Shown piece after piece: positions 12,101 to 27,100 of a stretch of 38,241 nucleotides of DNA. A program made the translations under genes and the position numbers. The stretch lies in the NCBI GenBank assembly GCA_032718475.1, contig JAUCBJ010000553.1, forward strand, positions 1 to 38,241, written 5' to 3'. The stretch's first letter is position 1, and every line of letters begins with the position of its first letter. The stretch is from Nemertoderma westbladi. Lineage: Eukaryota > Animalia > Xenacoelomorpha. A model generated the notes under the pieces. That model searched no databases. It was not told the DNA's origin and saw only the letters and a list, made by a program, of their open reading frames with translations.

Positions 12101-15100
12101 AACAGAATGAGTACAGTGGATAATGCAGAGGTTGGTTAACAGAATGAGTGCAGTGGATAATGCAGAGGTTGGTTAACAGAATGAGTACAGCGGATAATGC
12201 AGAGGTTGGTTAACAGACCCCCACACCCTAGTGAGAATGAGTACAGTGGATAATGCAGAGGTTGGTTAACAGATCCCCACACCCTAGTGAGAATGAGTAC
12301 AGTGGATAATGCAGAGGTTGGTTAACAGAATGAGTACAGTGGATAATGCAGAGGTTGGTTAACAGAATGAGTGCAGTGGATAATGCAGAGGTTGGTTAAC
12401 AGAATGAGTACAGCGGATAATGCAGAGGTTGGTATACAGACCCCCACACCCTAGTGAGAATGAGTACAGTGGATAATACAGAGGTTGGTTAACAGAATGA
12501 GTACAGTGGATAATGCAGAGGTTGGTATACAGACCCCCACACCCTAGTGAGAATGAGTACAGTGGATAATGCAGAGGTTGGTTAACAGACCCCCACACCC
12601 TAGTGAGAATGAGTACAGTGGATAATGCAGAGGTTGGATAACAGAATGAGTACAGTGGATAATGCAGAGGTTGGTTAACAGAATGAGTACAGTGGATAAT
12701 GCAGAGGTTGGTTAACAGAATGAGTACAGCGGATAATGCAGAGGTTGGTATACAGACCCCCACACCCTAGTGAGAATGAGTACAGTGGATAATACAGAGG
12801 TTGGTTAACAGAATGAGTACAGTGGATAATGCAGAGGTTGGTTAACAGACCCCCACACCCTAGTGAGAATGAGTACAGTGGATAACGCAGAGGTTGGTTA
12901 ACAGAATGAGTACAGTGGATAATGCAGAGGTTGGTTAACAGACCCCCACACCCTAGTGAGAATGAGTACAGTGGATAATACAGAGGTTGGTTAACAGAAT
13001 GAGTACAGTGGATAATGCAGAGGTTGGTTAACAGAATGAGTACAGTGGATAATACAGAGGTTGGTTAACAGAATGAGTACAGTGGATAATGCAGAGGTTG
13101 GTTAACAGACCCCCACACCCTAGTGAGAATGAGTACAGTGGATAATGCAGAGGTTGGTTAACAGACCCCCACACCCTAGTGAGAATGAGTACAGTGGATA
13201 ATGCAGAGGTTGGTTAACAGAATGAGTACAGTGGATAATGCAGAGGTTGGTTAACAGAATGAGTACAGCGGATAATGCAGAGGTTGGTTAACAGACCCCC
13301 ACACCCTAGTGAGAATGAGTACAGTGGATAATGCAGAGGTTGGTTAACAGAATGAGTACAGTGGATAATGCAGAGGTTGGTTAACAGAATGAGTGCAGTG
13401 GATAATGCAGAGGTTGGTTAACAGAATGAGTACAGCGGATAATGCAGAGGTTGGTTAACAGACCCCCACACCCTAGTGAGAATGAGTACAGTGGATAATA
13501 CAGAGGTTGGTTAACAGAATGAGTACAGTGGATAATGCAGAGGTTGGTTAACAGAATGAGTACAGCGGATAATGCAGAGGTTGGTTAACAGAATGAGTAC
13601 AGTGGATAATGCAGAGGTTGGTTAACAGAATGAGTACAGTGGATAATGCAGAGGTTGGTTAACAGAATGAGTACAGCGGATAATGCAGAGGTTGGTTAAC
13701 AGACCCCCACACCCTAGTGAGAATGAGTACAATGGATAATGCAGAGGTTGGTTAACAGAATGAGTACAGCGGATAATGCAGAGGTTGGTTAACAGACCCC
13801 CACACCCTAGTGAGAATGAGTACAGTGGATAATGCAGAGGTTGGTTAACAGACCCCCACACCCTAGTGAGAATGAGTACAGTGGATAATGCAGTGGTTAA
13901 CAGAATGAGTACAGTGGATAATGCAGAGGTTGGTTAACAGAATGAGTACAATGGATAATGCAGAGGTTGGTTAACAGAATGAGTACAGTGGATAATGCAG
14001 AGGTTGGTTAACAGAATGAGTACAGTGGATAATGCAGAGGTTGGTTAACAGAATGAGTACAATGGATAATGCAGAGGTTGGTTAACAGACCCCCACACTC
14101 TAGTGAGAATGAGTACAGTGGATAACGCAGATGTTGGTTAACAGACCCCCACACCCTATAGTGAGAATGAGTACAGTGGATAATGCAGAGGTTGGTTAAT
14201 AGAATGAGTACAGTGGATAACGCAGAGGTTGGTTAACAGACCCCCACACCCTATAGTGAGAATGAGTACAGTGGATAATGCAGAGGTTGGTTAACAGAAT
14301 GAGTACAGTGGATAATGCAGAGGTTGGTTAACAGACCCCCACACCCTAGTGAGAATTAGTACAGTGGATAATGCAGAGGTTGGTTAACAGAATGAGTACA
14401 GTGGATAATGCAGAGGTTGGTTAACAGAATGAGTACAGTGGATAATACGAGGTTGGTTAACAGACCCCCACACCCTATAGTGAGAATGAGTACAGTGGAT
14501 AATGCAGAGGTTGGTTAACAGAATGAGTACAGTGGATAATGCAGAGGTTGGTTAACAGACCCCCACACCCTAATGAGAATGAGTACAGTGGATAATGCAG
14601 AGGTTGGTTAACAGAAAGAGTACAGTGGATAATGCAGAGGTTGGTTAACAGAATGAGTACAGTGGATAATGCGGAGGTTGGTTAACAGAATGAGTACAAT
14701 GGATAATGCAGAGGTTGGTTAACAGACCCCCACACCCTATAGTGAGAATGAGTACAGTGGATAATGCAGAGGTTGGTTAACAGAATGAGTACAGTGGATA
14801 ATGCAGAGGTTGTTTAACAGAATGAGTACAGTGGATAATGCAGAGGTTGGTTAACAGAATGAGTACAGTGGATAATGCAGAGGTTGGTTAACAGAATGAG
14901 TACAGTGGATAATGCAGAGGTTGGTTAACAGAATGAGTACAGTAGATAATGCAGAGGTTGGTTAACAGAATGAGTACAGTGGATAATGCAGAGATTGGTT
15001 AACATAATGAGTACAGCGGATAATGCAGAGGTTGGTTAACAGAATGAGTACAGCGGATAATGCAGAGGTTGGTTAACAGAATGAGTACAGTGGATAATGC

Positions 15101-18100
15101 AGAGGTTGGTTAACAGAATGAGTACAGCGGATAATGCAGAGGTTGGTTAACAGACCCCCACACCCTAGTGAGAATGAGTACAGTGGATAATGCAGAGGTT
15201 GGTTAACAGAATGAGTACCGTGGATAATGCAGAGGTTGGTTAACAGAATGAGTACAGTGGATAATGCAGAGATTGGTTAACAGAATGAGTACAGTGGATA
15301 ATGCAGAGGTTGGTTAACAGAATGAGTACAGCGGATAATGCAGAGGTTGGTTAACAGACCCCCACACCCTAGTGAGAATGAGTACAGTGGATAATGCAGA
15401 GGTTGGTTAACAGAATGAGTACAGTGGATAATGCAGAGGTTGTTTAACAGAATGAGTACAGTGGATAATGCAGAGGTTGGTTAACAGAATGAGTACAGTG
15501 GATAATGCAGAGGTTGGTTAACAGAATGAGTACAGCGGATAATGCAGAGGTTGGTATACAGACCCCCACACCCTAGTGAGAATGAGTACAGTGGATAATG
15601 CAGAGGTTGGTTAACAGAATGAGTACAGTGGATAATGCAGAGGTTGGTTAACAGAATGAGTGCAGTGGATAATGCAGAGGTTGGTTAACAGAATGAGTAC
15701 AGCGGATAATGCAGAGGTTGGTTAACAGACCCCCACACCCTAGTGAGAATGAGTACAGTGGATAATGCAGAGGTTGGTTAACAGACCCCCACACCCTAGT
15801 GAGAATGAGTACAGTGGATAATGCAGAGGTTGGTTAACAGAATGAGTACAGTGGATAATGCAGAGGTTGGTTAACAGAATGAGTACAGTGGATAATGCAG
15901 AGGTTGGTTAACAGAATGAGTACAGTGGATAATGCAGAGGTTGGTTAACAGAATGAGTACAGCGGATAATGCAGAGGTTGGTATACAGACCCCCACACCC
16001 TAGTGAGAATGAGTACAGTGGATAATGCAGAGGTTGGTTAACAGACCCCCACACCCTAGTGAGAATGAGTACAGTGGATAATGCAGAGGTTGGTTAACAG
16101 ACCCCCACACCCTAGTGAGAATGAGTACAGTGGATAATGCAGAGGTTGGTTAACAGACCCCCACACCCTAGTGAGAATGAGTACAGTGGATAATACAGAG
16201 GTTGGTTAACAGAATGAGTACAGTGGATAATGCAGAGGTTGGTTAACAGACCCCCACACCCTAGTGAGAATGAGTACAGTGGATAATGCAGAGGTTGGTT
16301 AACAGACCCCCACACCCTAGTGAGAATGAGTACAGTGGATAATGCAGAGGTTGGTTAACAGACCCCCACACCCTAGTGAGAATGAGTACAGTGGATAATG
16401 CAGAGGTTGGTTAACAGAATGAGTACAGTGGATAATGCAGAGGTTGGTTAACAGAATGAGTGCAGTGGATAATGCAGAGGTTGGTTAACAGAATGAGTAC
16501 AGCGGATAATGCAGAGGTTGGTTAACAGACCCCCACACCCTAGTGAGAATGAGTACAGTGGATAATACAGAGGTTGGTTAACAGAATGAGTACAGTGGAT
16601 AATGCAGAGGTTGGTTAACAGAATGAGTACAGCGGATAATGCAGAGGTTGGTTAACAGAATGAGTACAGTGGATAATGCAGAGGTTGGTTAACAGAATGA
16701 GTACAGTGGATAATGCAGAGGTTGGTTAACAGAATGAGTACAGCGGATAATGCAGAGGTTGGTTAACAGACCCCCACACCCTAGTGAGAATGAGTACAAT
16801 GGATAATGCAGAGGTTGGTTAACAGAATGAGTACAGCGGATAATGCAGAGGTTGGTTAACAGACCCCCACACCCTAGTGAGAATGAGTACAGTGGATAAT
16901 GCAGAGGTTGGTTAACAGACCCCCACACCCTAGTGAGAATGAGTACAGTGGATAATGCAGAGGTTGGTTAACAGAATGAGTACAGTGGATAATGCAGAGG
17001 TTGGTTAACAGAATGAGTACAGTGGATAATGCAGAGGTTGGTTAACAGAATGAGTACAATGGATAATGCAGAGGTTGGTTAACAGAGCAGAGGTTGGTTA
17101 ACAGAATGAGTACAATGGATAATGCAGAGGTTGGTTAACAGACCCCCACACCCTATAGTGAGAATGAGTACAGTGGATAATGCAGAGGTTGGTTAACAGA
17201 ATGAGTACAGTGGATAATGCAGAGGTTGGTTAACAGAATGAGTACAGTGGATAATACGAGGTTGGTTAACAGACCCCCACACCCTATAGTGAGAATGAGT
17301 ACAGTGGATAATACAGAGGTTGGTTAACAGAATGAGTACAGTGGATCATGCAGAGGTTGGTTAACAGAATGAGTACAGTGGATAATACGAGGTTGGTTAA
17401 CAGACCCCCACACCCTATAGTGAGAATGAGTACAGTGGATAATGCAGAGGTTGGTTAACAGAATGAGTACAGTGGATAATGCAGAGGTTGGTTAACAGAC
17501 CCCCACACCCTAATGGGAATGAGTACAGTGGATAATGCAGAGGTTGGTTAACAGACCCCCACTCTAGTGAGAATGAGTACAGTGGATAATGCAGAGGTTG
17601 GTTAACAGAAAGAGTACAGTGGATAATGCAGAGGTTGGTTAACAGAATGAGTACAGTGGATAATGCAGAGGTTGGTTAACAGAATGAGTACAATGGATAA
17701 TGCAATGAGTACAATGGATAATGCAGAGGTTGGTTAACAGACCCCCACACCCTATAGTGAGAATGAGTACAGTGGATAATGCAGAGGTTGGTTAACAGAA
17801 TGAGTACAGTGGATAATGCAGAGGTTGGTTAACAGAATGAGTACAGTGGATAATGCAGAGGTTGGTTAACAGAATGAGTACAGTGGATAATGCAGAGGTT
17901 GGTTAACAGAATGAGTACAGTGGATAATGCAGAGGTTGGTTAACAGAATGAGTACAGTGGATAATGCAGAGGTTGGTTAACAGAACGAGTACAGTGAATA
18001 ATGCAGAGGTTGGTTAACAGAATGAGTACAGTGGATAATGCAGAGGTTGGTTAACAGAATGAATACAGTGGATAATGCAGAGGTTGGTTAACAGAATGAG

Positions 18101-21100
18101 TACAGTGGATAATGCAGAGGTTGGTTAACAAACCCCCACACCCTAGTGAGAATGAGTACAGTGGATAACGCAGAGGTTGGTTAACAGAATGAGTACAGTG
18201 GATAATGCAGAGGTTGGTTAACAGAATGAGTACAGTGGATAATGCAGAGGTTGGTTAACAAACCCCCACACCCTAGTGAGAATGAGTACAGTGGATAACG
18301 CAGAGGTTGGTTAACAGAATGAGTACAGTGGATAATGCAGAGGTTGGTTAACAGAATGAGTACAGTGGATAATGCAGAGGTTGGTTAACAGACCCCCACA
18401 CCCTATAGTGAGAATGAGTACAGTGGATAATGCAGAGGTTGGTTAACAGAATGAGTACAGTGGATAATGCAGAGGTTGGTTAACAGAATGAGTACAGTGG
18501 ATAATGCAGAGGTTGGTTAACAGAATGAGTACAGCGGATAATGCAGAGGTTGGTTAACAGACCCCCACACCCTAGTGAGAATGAGTACAATGGATAATGC
18601 AGAGGTTGGTTAACAGAATGAGTACAGCGGATAATGCAGAGGTTGGTTAACAGACCCCCACACCCTAGTGAGAATGAGTACTGTGGATAATGCAGAGGTT
18701 GGTTAACAGACCCCCACACCCTAGTGAGAATGAGTACAGTGGATAATGCAGTGGTTAACAGAATGAGTACAGTGGATAATGCAGAGGTTGGTTAACAGAA
18801 TGAGTACAATGGATAATGCAGAGGTTGGTTAACAGAATGAGTACAGTGGATAATGCAGAGGTTGGTTAACAGAATGAGTACAGTGGATAATGCAGAGGTT
18901 GGTTAACAGAATGAGTACAATGGATAATGCAGAGGTTGGTTAACAGACCCCCACACTCTAGTGAGAATGAGTACAGTGGATAACGCAGATGTTGGTTAAC
19001 AGACCCCCACACCCTATAGTGAGAATGAGTACAGTGGATAATGCAGAGGTTGGTTAACAGAATGAGTACAGTGGATAACGCAGAGGTTGGTTAACAGACC
19101 CCCACACCCTATAGTGAGAATGAGTACAGTGGATAATGCAGAGGTTGGTTAACAGAATGAGTACAGTGGATAATGCAGAGGTTGGTTAACAGACCCCCAC
19201 ACCCTAGTGAGAATTAGTACAGTGGATAATGCAGAGGTTGGTTAACAGAATGAGTACAGTGGATAATGCAGAGGTTGGTTAACAGAATGAGTACAGTGGA
19301 TAATACGAGGTTGGTTAACAGACCCCCACACCCTATAGTGAGAATGAGTACAGTGGATAATGCAGAGGTTGGTTAACAGAATGAGTACAGTGGATAATGC
19401 AGAGGTTGGTTAACAGACCCCCACACCCTAATGAGAATGAGTACAGTGGATAATGCAGAGGTTGGTTAACAGAACCCCACACCCTAGTGAGAATGAGTAC
19501 AGTGGATAATGCAGAGGTTGGTTAACAGAAAGAGTACAGTGGATAATGCAGAGGTTGGTTAACAGAATGAGTACAGTGGATAATGCGGAGGTTGGTTAAC
19601 AGAATGAGTACAATGGATAATGCAGAGGTTGGTTAACAGAACCCCACACCCTATAGTGAGAATGAGTACAGTGGATAATGCAGAGGTTGGTTAACAGAAT
19701 GAGTACAGTGGATAATGCAGAGGTTGGTTAACAGAATGAGTACAGTGGATAATGCAGAGGTTGGTTAACAGAATGAGTACAGTGGATAATGCAGAGGTTG
19801 GTTAACAGAATGAGTAGAGTGGATAATGCAGAGGTTGGTTAACAGAATGAGTACAGTGGATAATGCAGAGGTTGGTTAACAGAATGAGTACAGTGGATAA
19901 TGCAGAGGTTGGTTAACAGAATGAGTACAGTGGATAATGCAGAGGTTGGTTAACAGAATGAGTACAGTGGATAATGCAGAGGTTGGTTAACAGAATGAGT
20001 ACAGTGGATAATGCAGAGGTTGGTTAACAAACCCCCACACCCTAGTGAGAATGAGTACAGTGGATAACGCAGAGGTTGGTTAACAGAATGAGTACAGTGG
20101 ATAATGCAGAGGTTGGTTAACAGAATGAGTACAGTGGATAATGCAGAGGTTGGTTAACAAACCCCCACACCCTAGTGAGAATGAGTACAGTGGATAACGC
20201 AGAGGTTGGTTAACAGAATGAGTACAGTGGATAATGCAGAGGTTGGTTAACAGAATGAGTACAGTGGATAATGCAGAGGTTGGTTAACAGACCCCCACAC
20301 CCTATAGTGAGAATGAGTACAGTGGATAATGCAGAGGTTGGTTAACAGAATGAGTACAGCGGATAATGCAGAGGTTGGTTAACAGAATGAGTACAGTGGA
20401 TAATGCAGAGGTTGGTTAACAGAATGAGTACAGTGGATAATGCAGAGGTTGGTTAACAGAATGAGTACAGCGGATAATGCAGAGGTTGGTTAACAGACCC
20501 CCACACCCTAGTGAGAATGAGTACAATGGATAATGCAGAGGTTGGTTAACAGAATGAGTACAGCGGATAATGCAGAGGTTGGTTAACAGACCCCCACACC
20601 CTAGTGAGAATGAGTACAGTGGATAATGCAGAGGTTGGTTAACAGACCCCCACACCCTAGTGAGAATGAGTACAGTGGATAATGCAGAGGTTGGTTAACA
20701 GAATGAGTACAGTGGATAATGCAGAGGTTGGTTAACAGAATGAGTACAGTGGATAATGCAGAGGTTGGTTAACAGAATGAGTACAATGGATAATGCAGAG
20801 GTTGGTTAACAGAGCAGAGGTTGGTTAACAGAATGAGTACAATGGATAATGCAGAGGTTGGTTAACAGACCCCCACACCCTATAGTGAGAATGAGTACAG
20901 TGGATAATGCAGAGGTTGGTTAACAGAATGAGTACAGTGGATAATGCAGAGGTTGGTTAACAGAATGAGTACAGTGGATAATACGAGGTTGGTTAACAGA
21001 CCCCCACACCCTATAGTGAGAATGAGTACAGTGGATAATGCAGAGGTTGGTTAACAGAATGAGTACAGTGGATCATGCAGAGGTTGGTTAACAGAATGAG

Positions 21101-24100
21101 TACAGTGGATAATACGAGGTTGGTTAACAGACCCCCACACCCTATAGTGAGAATGAGTACAGTGGATAATGCAGAGGTTGGTTAACAGAATGAGTACAGT
21201 GGATAATGCAGAGGTTGGTTAACAGACCCCCACACCCTAATGGGAATGAGTACAGTGGATAATGCAGAGGTTGGTTAACAGACCCCCACTCTAGTGAGAA
21301 TGAGTACAGTGGATAATGCAGAGGTTGGTTAACAGAAAGAGTACAGTGGATAATGCAGAGGTTGGTTAACAGAATGAGTACAGTGGATAATGCAGAGGTT
21401 GGTTAACAGAATGAGTACAATGGATAATGCAATGAGTACAATGGATAATGCAGAGGTTGGTTAACAGACCCCCACACCCTATAGTGAGAATGAGTACAGT
21501 GGATAATGCAGAGGTTGGTTAACAGAATGAGTACAGTGGATAATGCAGAGGTTGGTTAACAGAATGAGTACAGTGGATAATGCAGAGGTTGGTTAACAGA
21601 ATGAGTACAGTGGATAATGCAGAGGTTGGTTAACAGAATGAGTACAGTGGATAATGCAGAGGTTGGTTAACAGAATGAGTACAGTGGATAATGCAGAGGT
21701 TGGTTAACAGAACGAGTACAGTGAATAATGCAGAGGTTGGTTAACAGAATGAGTACAGTGGATAATGCAGAGGTTGGTTAACAGAATGAATACAGTGGAT
21801 AATGCAGAGGTTGGTTAACAGAATGAGTACAGTGGATAATGCAGAGGTTGGTTAACAAACCCCCACACCCTAGAGAGAATGAGTACAGTGGATAACGCAG
21901 AGGTTGGTTAACAGAATGAGTACAGTGGATAATGCAGAGGTTGGTTAACAGAACGAGTACAGTGAATAATGCAGAGGTTGGTTAACAGAATGAGTACAGT
22001 GGATAATGCAGAGGTTGGTTAACAGAATGAGTACAGTGGATAATGCAGAGGTTGGTTAACAGACCCCCACACCCTATAGTGAGAATGAGTACAGTGGATA
22101 ATGCAGAGGTTGGTTAACAGAATGAGTACAGTGGATAATGCAGAGGTTGGTTAACAGAATGAGTACAGTGGATAATGCAGAGGTTGGTTAACAGAATGAG
22201 TACAGCGGATAATGCAGAGGTTGGTTAACAGACCCCCACACCCTAGTGAGAATGAGTACAATGGATAATGCAGAGGTTGGTTAACAGAATGAGTACAGCG
22301 GATAATGCAGAGGTTGGTTAACAGACCCCCACACCCTAGTGAGAATGAGTACAGTGGATAATGCAGAGGTTGGTTAACAGACCCCCACACCCTAGTGAGA
22401 ATGAGTACAGTGGATAATGCAGTGGTTAACAGAATGAGTACAGTGGATAATGCAGAGGTTGGTTAACAGAATGAGTACAATGGATAATGCAGAGGTTGGT
22501 TAACAGAATGAGTACAGTGGATAATGCAGAGGTTGGTTAACAGAATGAGTACAGTGGATAATGCAGAGGTTGGTTAACAGAATGAGTACAATGGATAATG
22601 CAGAGGTTGGTTAACAGACCCCCACACTCTAGTGAGAATGAGTACAGTGGATAACGCAGATGTTGGTTAACAGACCCCCACACCCTATAGTGAGAATGAG
22701 TACAGTGGATAATGCAGAGGTTGGTTAACAGAATGAGTACAGTGGATAACGCAGAGGTTGGTTAACAGACCCCCACACCCTATAGTGAGAATGAGTACAG
22801 TGGATAATGCAGAGGTTGGTTAACAGAATGAGTACAGTGGATAATGCAGAGGTTGGTTAACAGACCCCCACACCCTAGTGAGAATTAGTACAGTGGATAA
22901 TGCAGAGGTTGGTTAACAGAATGAGTACAGTGGATAATGCAGAGGTTGGTTAACAGAATGAGTACAGTGGATAATACGAGGTTGGTTAACAGACCCCCAC
23001 ACCCTATAGTGAGAATGAGTACAGTGGATAATGCAGAGGTTGGTTAACAGAATGAGTACAGTGGATAATGCAGAGGTTGGTTAACAGACCCCCACACCCT
23101 AATGAGAATGAGTACAGTGGATAATGCAGAGGTTGGTTAACAGAACCCCACACCCTAGTGAGAATGAGTACAGTGGATAATGCAGAGGTTGGTTAACAGA
23201 AAGAGTACAGTGGATAATGCAGAGGTTGGTTAACAGAATGAGTACAGTGGATAATGCGGAGGTTGGTTAACAGAATGAGTACAATGGATAATGCAGAGGT
23301 TGGTTAACAGAACCCCACACCCTATAGTGAGAATGAGTACAGTGGATAATGCAGAGGTTGGTTAACAGAATGAGTACAGTGGATAATGCAGAGGTTGGTT
23401 AACAGAATGAGTACAGTGGATAATGCAGAGGTTGGTTAACAGAATGAGTACAGTGGATAATGCAGAGGTTGGTTAACAGAATGAGTAGAGTGGATAATGC
23501 AGAGGTTGGTTAACAGAATGAGTACAGTGGATAATGCAGAGGTTGGTTAACAGAATGAGTACAGTGGATAATGCAGAGGTTGGTTAACAGAATGAGTACA
23601 GTGGATAATGCAGAGGTTGGTTAACAGAATGAGTACAGTGGATAATGCAGAGGTTGGTTAACAGAATGAGTACAGTGGATAATGCAGAGGTTGGTTAACA
23701 AACCCCCACACCCTAGTGAGAATGAGTACAGTGGATAACGCAGAGGTTGGTTAACAGAATGAGTACAGTGGATAATGCAGAGGTTGGTTAACAGAATGAG
23801 TACAGTGGATAATGCAGAGGTTGGTTAACAAACCCCCACACCCTAGTGAGAATGAGTACAGTGGATAACGCAGAGGTTGGTTAACAGAATGAGTACAGTG
23901 GATAATGCAGAGGTTGGTTAACAGAATGAGTACAGTGGATAATGCAGAGGTTGGTTAACAGACCCCCACACCCTATAGTGAGAATGAGTACAGTGGATAA
24001 TGCAGAGGTTGGTTAACAGAATGAGTACAGTGGATAATGCAGAGGTTGGTTAACAGAATGAGTACAGTGGATAATGCAGAGGTTGGTTAACAGAATGAGT

Positions 24101-27100
24101 ACAGTGGATAATGCAGAGGTTGGTTAACAGAATGAGTACAGCGGATAATGCAGAGGTTGGTTAACAGACCCCCACACCCTAGTGAGAATGAGTACAATGG
24201 ATAATGCAGAGGTTGGTTAACAGAATGAGTACAGCGGATAATGCAGAGGTTGGTTAACAGACCCCCACACCCTAGTGAGAATGAGTACAGTGGATAATGC
24301 AGAGGTTGGTTAACAGACCCCCACACCCTAGTGAGAATGAGTACAGTGGATAATGCAGAGGTTGGTTAACAGAATGAGTACAGTGGATAATGCAGAGGTT
24401 GGTTAACAGAATGAGTACAATGGATAATGCAGAGGTTGGTTAACAGAATGAGTACAGTGGATAATGCAGAGGTTGGTTAACAGAATGAGTACAGTGGATA
24501 ATGCAGAGGTTGGTTAACAGAATGAGTACAATGGATAATGCAGAGGTTGGTTAACAGACCCCCACACTCTAGTGAGAATGAGTACAGTGGATAACGCAGA
24601 GGTTGGTTAACTGACCCCCACACCCTATAGTGAGAATGAGTACAGTGGATAATGCAGAGGTTGGTTAACAGAATGAGTACAGTGGATAACGCAGAGGTTG
24701 GTTAACAGAATGAGTACAGTGGATAATGCAGAGGTTGGTTAACAGAATGAGTACAGTGGATAATGCAGAGGTTGGTTAACAGAATGAGTACAGTGGATAA
24801 CGCAGAGGTTGGTTAACAGAATGAGTACAGTGGATAATGCAGAGGTTGGTTAACAGAATGAGTACAATGGATAATGCAGAGGTTGGTTAACAGACCCCCA
24901 CACTCTAGTGAGAATGAGTACAGTGGATAACGCAGAGGTTGGTTAACAGACCCCCACACCCTATAGTGAGAATGAGTACAGTGGATAATGCAGAGGTTGG
25001 TTAACAGAATGAGTACAGTGGATAATGCAGAGGTTGGTTAACAGAATGAGTACAGTGGATAATGCAGAGGTTGGTTAACAGAATGAGTACAATGGATAAT
25101 GCAGAGGTTGGTTAACAGACCCCCACACTCTAGTGAGAATGAGTACAGTGGATAACGCAGAGGTTGGTTAACAGACCCCCACACCCTATAGTGAGAATGA
25201 GTACAGTGGATAATGCAGAGGTTGGTTAACAGAATGAGTACAGTGGATAACGCAGAGGTTGGTTAACAGAATGAGTACAGTGGATAATGCAGAGGTTGGT
25301 TAACAGAATGAGTACAGTGGATAATGCAGAGGTTGGTTAACAGAATGAGTACAGTGGATAACGCAGAGGTTGGTTAACAGAATGAGTACAGTGGATAATG
25401 CAGAGGTTGGTTAACAGAATGAGTACAATGGATAATGCAGAGGTTGGTTAACAGACCCCCACACCCTATAGTGAGAATGAGTACAGTGGATAATGCAGAG
25501 GTTGGTTAACAGAATGAGTACAGTGGATAACGCAGAGGTTGGTTAACAGAATGAGTACAGTGGATAATGCAGAGGTTGGTTAACAGAATGAGTACAGTGG
25601 ATAATGCAGAGGTTGGTTAACAGACCCCCACACCCTATAGTGAGAATGAGTACAGTGGATAATGCAGAGGTTGGTTAACAGAATGAGTACAGTGGATAAC
25701 GCAGAGGTTGGTTAACAGAATGAGTACAGTGGATAATGCAGAGGTTGGTTAACAGAATGAGTACAGTGGATAATGCAGAGGTTGGTTAACAGAATGAGTA
25801 CAGTGGATAACGCAGAGGTTGGTTAACAGAATGAGTACAGTGGATAATGCAGAGGTTGGTTAACAGAATGAGTACAATGGATAATGCAGAGGTTGGTTAA
25901 CCGACCCCCACACCCTATAGTGAGAATGAGTACAGTGGATAATGCAGAGGTTGGTTAACAGAATGAGTACAGTGGATAACGCAGAGGTTGGTTAACAGAC
26001 CCCCACACCCTATAGTGAGAATGAGTACAGTGGATAATGCAGAGGTTGGTTAACAGAATGAGTACAGTGGATAACGCAGAAGTTGGTTAACAGAATGAGT
26101 ACAGTGGATAATGCAGAGGTTGGTTAACAGAATGAGTACAGTGGATAATGCAGAGGTTGGTTAACAGAATGAGTACAGTGGATAACGCAGAGGTTGGTTA
26201 ACAGAATGAGTACAGTGGATAATGCAGAGGTTGGTTAACAGAATGAGTACAATGGATAATGCAGAGGTTGGTTAACAGACCCCCACACCCTATAGTGAGA
26301 ATGAGTACAGTGGATAATGCAGAGGTTGGTTAACAGAATGAGTACAGTGGATAATGCAGAGGTTGGTTAACAGACCCCCACACTCTAGTGAGAATGAGTA
26401 CAGTGGATAACGCAGAGGTTGGTTAACAGACCCCCACACCCTATAGTGAGAATGAGTACAGTGGATAATGCAGAGGTTGGTTAACAGAATGAGTACAGTG
26501 GATAACGCAGAGGTTGGTTAACAGAATGAGTACAGTGGATAATGCAGAGGTTGGTTAACAGAATGAGTACAGTGGATAATGCAGAGGTTGGTTAACAGAA
26601 TGAGTACAGTGGATAATGCAGAGGTTGGTTAACAGAATGAGTACAATGGATAATGCAGAGGTTGGTTAACAGAATGAGTACAATGGATAATGCAGAGGTT
26701 GGTTAACAGACCCCCACACCCTATAGTGAGAATGAGTACAGTGGATAATGCAGAGGTTGGTTAACAGAATGAGTACAGTGGATAATGCAGAGGTTGGTTA
26801 ACAGACCCCCACACCCTATTGAGAATGAGTACAGTGGATAATGCAGAGGTTGTTTAACAGAATGAGTACAGTGGATAACGCAGAGGTTGGTTAACAGACC
26901 CCCACACTCTAGTGAGAATGAGTACAGTGGATAACGCAGAGGTTGGTTAACAGAATGAGTACAGTGGATAATGCGAGGTTGGTTAACAGAATGAGTACAA
27001 TGGATAATGCAGAGGTTGGTTAACAGACCCCCACACCCTAGTGAGAATGAGTGCAGTGGATAATGCAGAGGTTGGTTAACAGAATGAGTACAGTGGATAT

